This document shows positions 60,986 through 64,000 of a DNA stretch of 64,000 nucleotides, piece by piece. The stretch is taken from positions 128,001 to 192,000 of the forward strand of contig CBDEFM010000001.1 of the NCBI GenBank assembly GCA_965237415.1. Reading direction: 5' to 3'. The number at the start of each line of letters is the position of its first letter. Position 1 is the stretch's first letter. The translations under genes and the position numbers were made by a program. The DNA is from Alphaproteobacteria bacterium. Its GTDB lineage: Bacteria > Pseudomonadota > Alphaproteobacteria > UBA828. Under the pieces are notes generated by a model. It was not told the origin of the DNA. It did no database searches and worked only from the letters and a program-made list of their open reading frames with translations.

Positions 60986-61477
60986 GTGGCACAGCGGAAA
61001 CCAGGGAAGCGCGGCGCCGCAAGGCCGCGCTCAGGCGGCGTCAAGGCCAGGCCGGCCTCTGCCAAGCGAGCCACGCGCGGGGGGCGGACCGCGAGGTCGT
61101 CGGGGGATGCGCCGGCGACGTTCTACATCTGCCGGTCCTGCGTCTGGTCCGAGTCGGCGCGGGAGCGCGATGGCAAGCGCCAGGGTACCTTCTTGCTTGA
61201 AGCGGTGCACGACCTGATCGAGGCCGACCCCCTGGCTGTGGCGCTCAACCTTCGTGCGGTCTATTGCCTCAACGGCTGCAAGAGTCCGTGCAACGTGGGC
61301 TTTCGCTCGGCCGGTAAACACCACGTGCGCTTCAGCCACTTGACGCCGGATAACGCGGCGGACGTCATCGCCTACGCGCGCGCCTACCAAGCGAACGCGA
61401 CGGGCGAGGTCTCCGAGGACGAGACGCCAGCGGCGATGCGCGGCAAGATGACGGTGCGCACCCCGCCAATCGGGTAG
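60986..61477 (+). CDS. DUF1636-family metal-binding protein
   Basis: ICRSC and VYCLNGCKSPC motifs; start uncertain. Confidence 0.7.
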   Translation: MAQRKPGKRGAARPRSGGVKARPASAKRATRGGRTARSSGDAPATFYICRSCVWSESARERDGKRQGTFLLEAVHDLIEADPLAVALNLRAVYCLNGCKSPCNVGFRSAGKHHVRFSHLTPDNAADVIAYARAYQANATGEVSEDETPAAMRGKMTVRTPPIG

Positions 61478-61485
61478 TACGCGCG

Positions 61486-62067
61486 TCAGCTGCGCCAGGT
61501 GGCCGCTTCGCCCGCCTCGATCTCCTGCTCCGCCGCCGGGGCACCGGCATAGCGCCGGTTGGCCTCGCCGAGAGCGGCGCGCAGCGCCTTCACCAGGCTC
61601 GCGCGCTCCTCCGGCGCGAGGAACGAGCCGACGACAAGCGAGCGCCCGTGCGAGGTGAGCGTGATCTGGCTGTGGTGCTCGACCGGATCGTCGAGGGCGA
61701 CGCGCAGCCAGTAGGGGTTGCAGCGCCATTCCGTCGCACGCCCGTTGGGCAGAATGCGCCGGACCACGACCTCGTCTGCGGTGACGCGTATGGTCTCCCG
61801 CAAACGGCCCGAGCGGTAACTCAGCCGGAACGCGAGATAGAGCAGCGCGATGTCCAGGCCAAAGAACCCGAACACCGGCCATGCGCCCTGGAGCAGGAAA
61901 TAGGTGCCGAGGCCTACACTCACCACGATGACACCGGCCATGACGGCGACGAAACCGGCGCGCCCGAGCGAACGGTTGGGTGCCAGCACCGCATCGAAGA
62001 TGACCGGCGACTCGGGTCCGTCACCGTCAACGGGCTGCCTCGCAGGACGCGGGGAGGACGGGTCCAT
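61486..62067 (-). CDS. DUF2244-family membrane protein
   Basis: L.PNRSL, GAWPVFGFFGLD, NPYW, GSFL.PEER. Confidence 0.85.
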   Translation of the reverse strand: MDPSSPRPARQPVDGDGPESPVIFDAVLAPNRSLGRAGFVAVMAGVIVVSVGLGTYFLLQGAWPVFGFFGLDIALLYLAFRLSYRSGRLRETIRVTADEVVVRRILPNGRATEWRCNPYWLRVALDDPVEHHSQITLTSHGRSLVVGSFLAPEERASLVKALRAALGEANRRYAGAPAAEQEIEAGEAATWRS

Positions 62068-62237
62068 GGGGCGAGAGTAATGGCTTCGGGACGCGCCGGT
62101 AAAGTGCAGGCCTCCGTTCCGGTGAACAATAGGCACAATTCGTGGACCAAACAGCCGATTTGGGGGTGAGGCCGCTTGACACAATTGGGCGAATCGCCGT
62201 CAACTCCGCAGCGACCTACCGGAATCAGGAGGAGTCT

Positions 62238-62546
62238 ATGCTCAAGAGATCGTGGGCGCTGCGGATTGCGATTGTCGCTCTCCCGTTGGCCGTCGCTGCA
62301 GGATGCCAGTCCGCTGCCGAGCAGGAGCAGGCGGCCGTCGCCATAGCCGGTGCGGAGGCGATGGCAACGGAAGCGATGCAAACCGCCAACCGCGCCATGG
62401 TCGCCGTGGACGAGCTGAGAGCGGCGGTGGAGGAGGCCAGCCAGAGTGCTTCGGCGGCGGCGGCAGCGGCTCAGGAAGCAGCCGAGGCAGCGCAGGCGGC
62501 CGCCGACAAGGCGGACCGCATTTTCCAGAAGGGGATGCGCAAGTAG
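62238..62546 (+). CDS. Lpp/OprI-like alanine-zipper lipoprotein
   Basis: AGGAG RBS; lipobox AAGC; Ala-rich coil; C-terminus ADRIFQKGMRK ending in Lys. Confidence 0.75.
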   Translation: MLKRSWALRIAIVALPLAVAAGCQSAAEQEQAAVAIAGAEAMATEAMQTANRAMVAVDELRAAVEEASQSASAAAAAAQEAAEAAQAAADKADRIFQKGMRK

Positions 62547-62585
62547 TCTCAGCGCGGGCGGCCATCGCGCGCCGCCCGGCTGCCG

Positions 62586-63554
62586 TTAAGCTGAGGGCCC
62601 GGTTCGGTCTACGGTCACTTGGACAGGGATACCCGACCGTTCATCAAAAGCCCTGCGGATGATGTGCCAGTCCAGACGATCGCGGGCGGCACCCGCTAGA
62701 GTTGTGATCCGGTAGAGAGCGTCGTTGCGGGAGCGCGCGTCGACGCTCTTAATCTGCCCGGTGCTCTCCAGCTCATCGGCCTGATCGGCTTCGGGGTGCG
62801 CCTCCACGAAGAGCCCGCCGTCGTGCCAGCCGATCTTGATCGCCTGATTGATGACCTGGACCGGGGCCCCAATCGGCACGAACTCGTATAGCTGCGCGAT
62901 ATCCTCCGGGTAGAGGCGGATGCAGCCGTGGCTTACCCGCCGCCCGATTCCCCACGGCCGGTTGGTGCCGTGGATGAGATAGCGCGGCCAGCCGAAATAG
63001 AGCGCGTGGCTGCCGAGGGGATTGTGGGGGCCCGGTGGCACGACCTTGGGCAGGTCCGGATTCTTGGCGCGGATCGATTCAGGCGGAAACCAGGTCGGCC
63101 GTTCCTTCTTGCGGACGATCTCGGTCGTGCCGAGCGGCGTCGACCATCCCTCTCTGCCGACGCCTAAGGGGAAGGTCGCGGGCTCCGTGCCCGGCGGGCC
63201 GAAATAGTAGAGGCGATGCTCGGCGAGGTTCACCACCAGGCCTTCCCGCTCGGCGTCCGGGAGAATGTGCGCGGTGGGCAGAACGATCGGCGTGCTCTCG
63301 CCGGGGACCCAGGGGTCGATACCGCGGTTGGCCGCGATCATCTCGACATAGCCAAGGCTGTTGGCGCGCGCGAGGTCCAGCAGCGTGTCCTCGTGGGAGG
63401 CAACGACGTGGCGCAGCGCGCCGATCATGTCGCCGGATCGGGCCTCGCCCTCAGGCTCGGACGCCGCGGCGCCACCTGTCGCCGCCAACGTGAGCGCCAC
63501 CGCCATGAGGGCTGCGATGGTGAATGCCGTCCGCCGCCGCATCGTCCGCATCAC
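62586..63554 (-). CDS. L,D-transpeptidase (ErfK/YbiS/YcfS type, LysM-like N-terminus)
   Basis: NLAEHRLYY, PGP.NPLG, IHGTN.PWGIG..VSHGCIRL. Confidence 0.92.
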   Translation of the reverse strand: MMRTMRRRTAFTIAALMAVALTLAATGGAAASEPEGEARSGDMIGALRHVVASHEDTLLDLARANSLGYVEMIAANRGIDPWVPGESTPIVLPTAHILPDAEREGLVVNLAEHRLYYFGPPGTEPATFPLGVGREGWSTPLGTTEIVRKKERPTWFPPESIRAKNPDLPKVVPPGPHNPLGSHALYFGWPRYLIHGTNRPWGIGRRVSHGCIRLYPEDIAQLYEFVPIGAPVQVINQAIKIGWHDGGLFVEAHPEADQADELESTGQIKSVDARSRNDALYRITTLAGAARDRLDWHIIRRAFDERSGIPVQVTVDRTGPSA

Positions 63555-64000
63555 CTAGGCGGCGCCGCTTTCGACCGGCGCGTCCGCGCGGCTGCCCCAA
63601 TCGGTCCAGGAGCCGTCGTAGACGGCGACCTGTTCGGCCCCGATCGCGGCAAGCGCGAGCGCCAGCGTGCATGCGGTAATGCCCGACCCACAGGTGGCGA
63701 TGACCGGCCGGGCGGGGTCCACGCCGGCATCCTCGAAAGCGCGGCGAATCGCCGCGGCGTCGCTTAGTGCGGCCTCGTCATCGTCGAGGACGGCGCTGAA
63801 AGGCACGTTGCGGCTGCCGGGAATGTGGCCGCGCGGGAGATCGGGCCTGGGCCCCGGATCTTCGCCCGAGAAGCGCGCGGCGGCGCGCGCATCCACGATC
63901 TGTTCGCTGCCTGCGGCGAGGGTGGCCCGGACCTGCTCGAACGAGCGGACCAGCGTGTCGTCAGGGGCCCGCGCCCTGAACGATCCCGGCGCGATCGTGG
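63555..64000 (-). CDS. sseA: 3-mercaptopyruvate sulfurtransferase, C-terminal part (runs off window)
   Basis: VDAR...RF.G..P, GHIPG, CGSGITA, YDGSW.DW. Confidence 0.88.
   Translation of the reverse strand, partial: TIAPGSFRARAPDDTLVRSFEQVRATLAAGSEQIVDARAAARFSGEDPGPRPDLPRGHIPGSRNVPFSAVLDDDEAALSDAAAIRRAFEDAGVDPARPVIATCGSGITACTLALALAAIGAEQVAVYDGSWTDWGSRADAPVESGAA

Overview
High-GC bacterial chromosome segment. Gene content points to an Alphaproteobacterium (Rhodospirillales-like); a host-associated marine lineage is an inference only. Housekeeping and catabolic genes include soxYZ, a polyamine-type ABC transporter, tRNA-Arg(ACG), dgcN-dgcA, galU/ugd/PMM, a three-subunit XDH-family molybdoenzyme, methylmalonyl-CoA mutase with meaB, acyl-CoA dehydrogenases, and an OprI-like lipoprotein next to an L,D-transpeptidase. 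Two regions stand out. (1) 14.1-19.7 kb: a five-gene corrinoid methyl-transfer operon (unknown protein with a duplicated FxCGxAH motif, archaeal MtaA-like Zn methyltransferase, corrinoid protein, ASKHA/RACE activator with an extra Cys4 domain, AcsE-like pterin methyltransferase). Its substrate and direction are unknown. (2) 29195-33176: a 3,982-bp IS1595-family cargo element with perfect 23-bp TIRs and an 8-bp TSD. It carries small ORFs behind repeated TTGACC-N18-TAC(A/G)CT-N7 promoter modules, and a promoter-driven, closed-stem putative ncRNA that only appears after removing a nested 133-bp MITE. The window also shows erosion: three MITE families (five copies) plus a possible degenerate fourth, deletion-scarred genes and two frameshifts.
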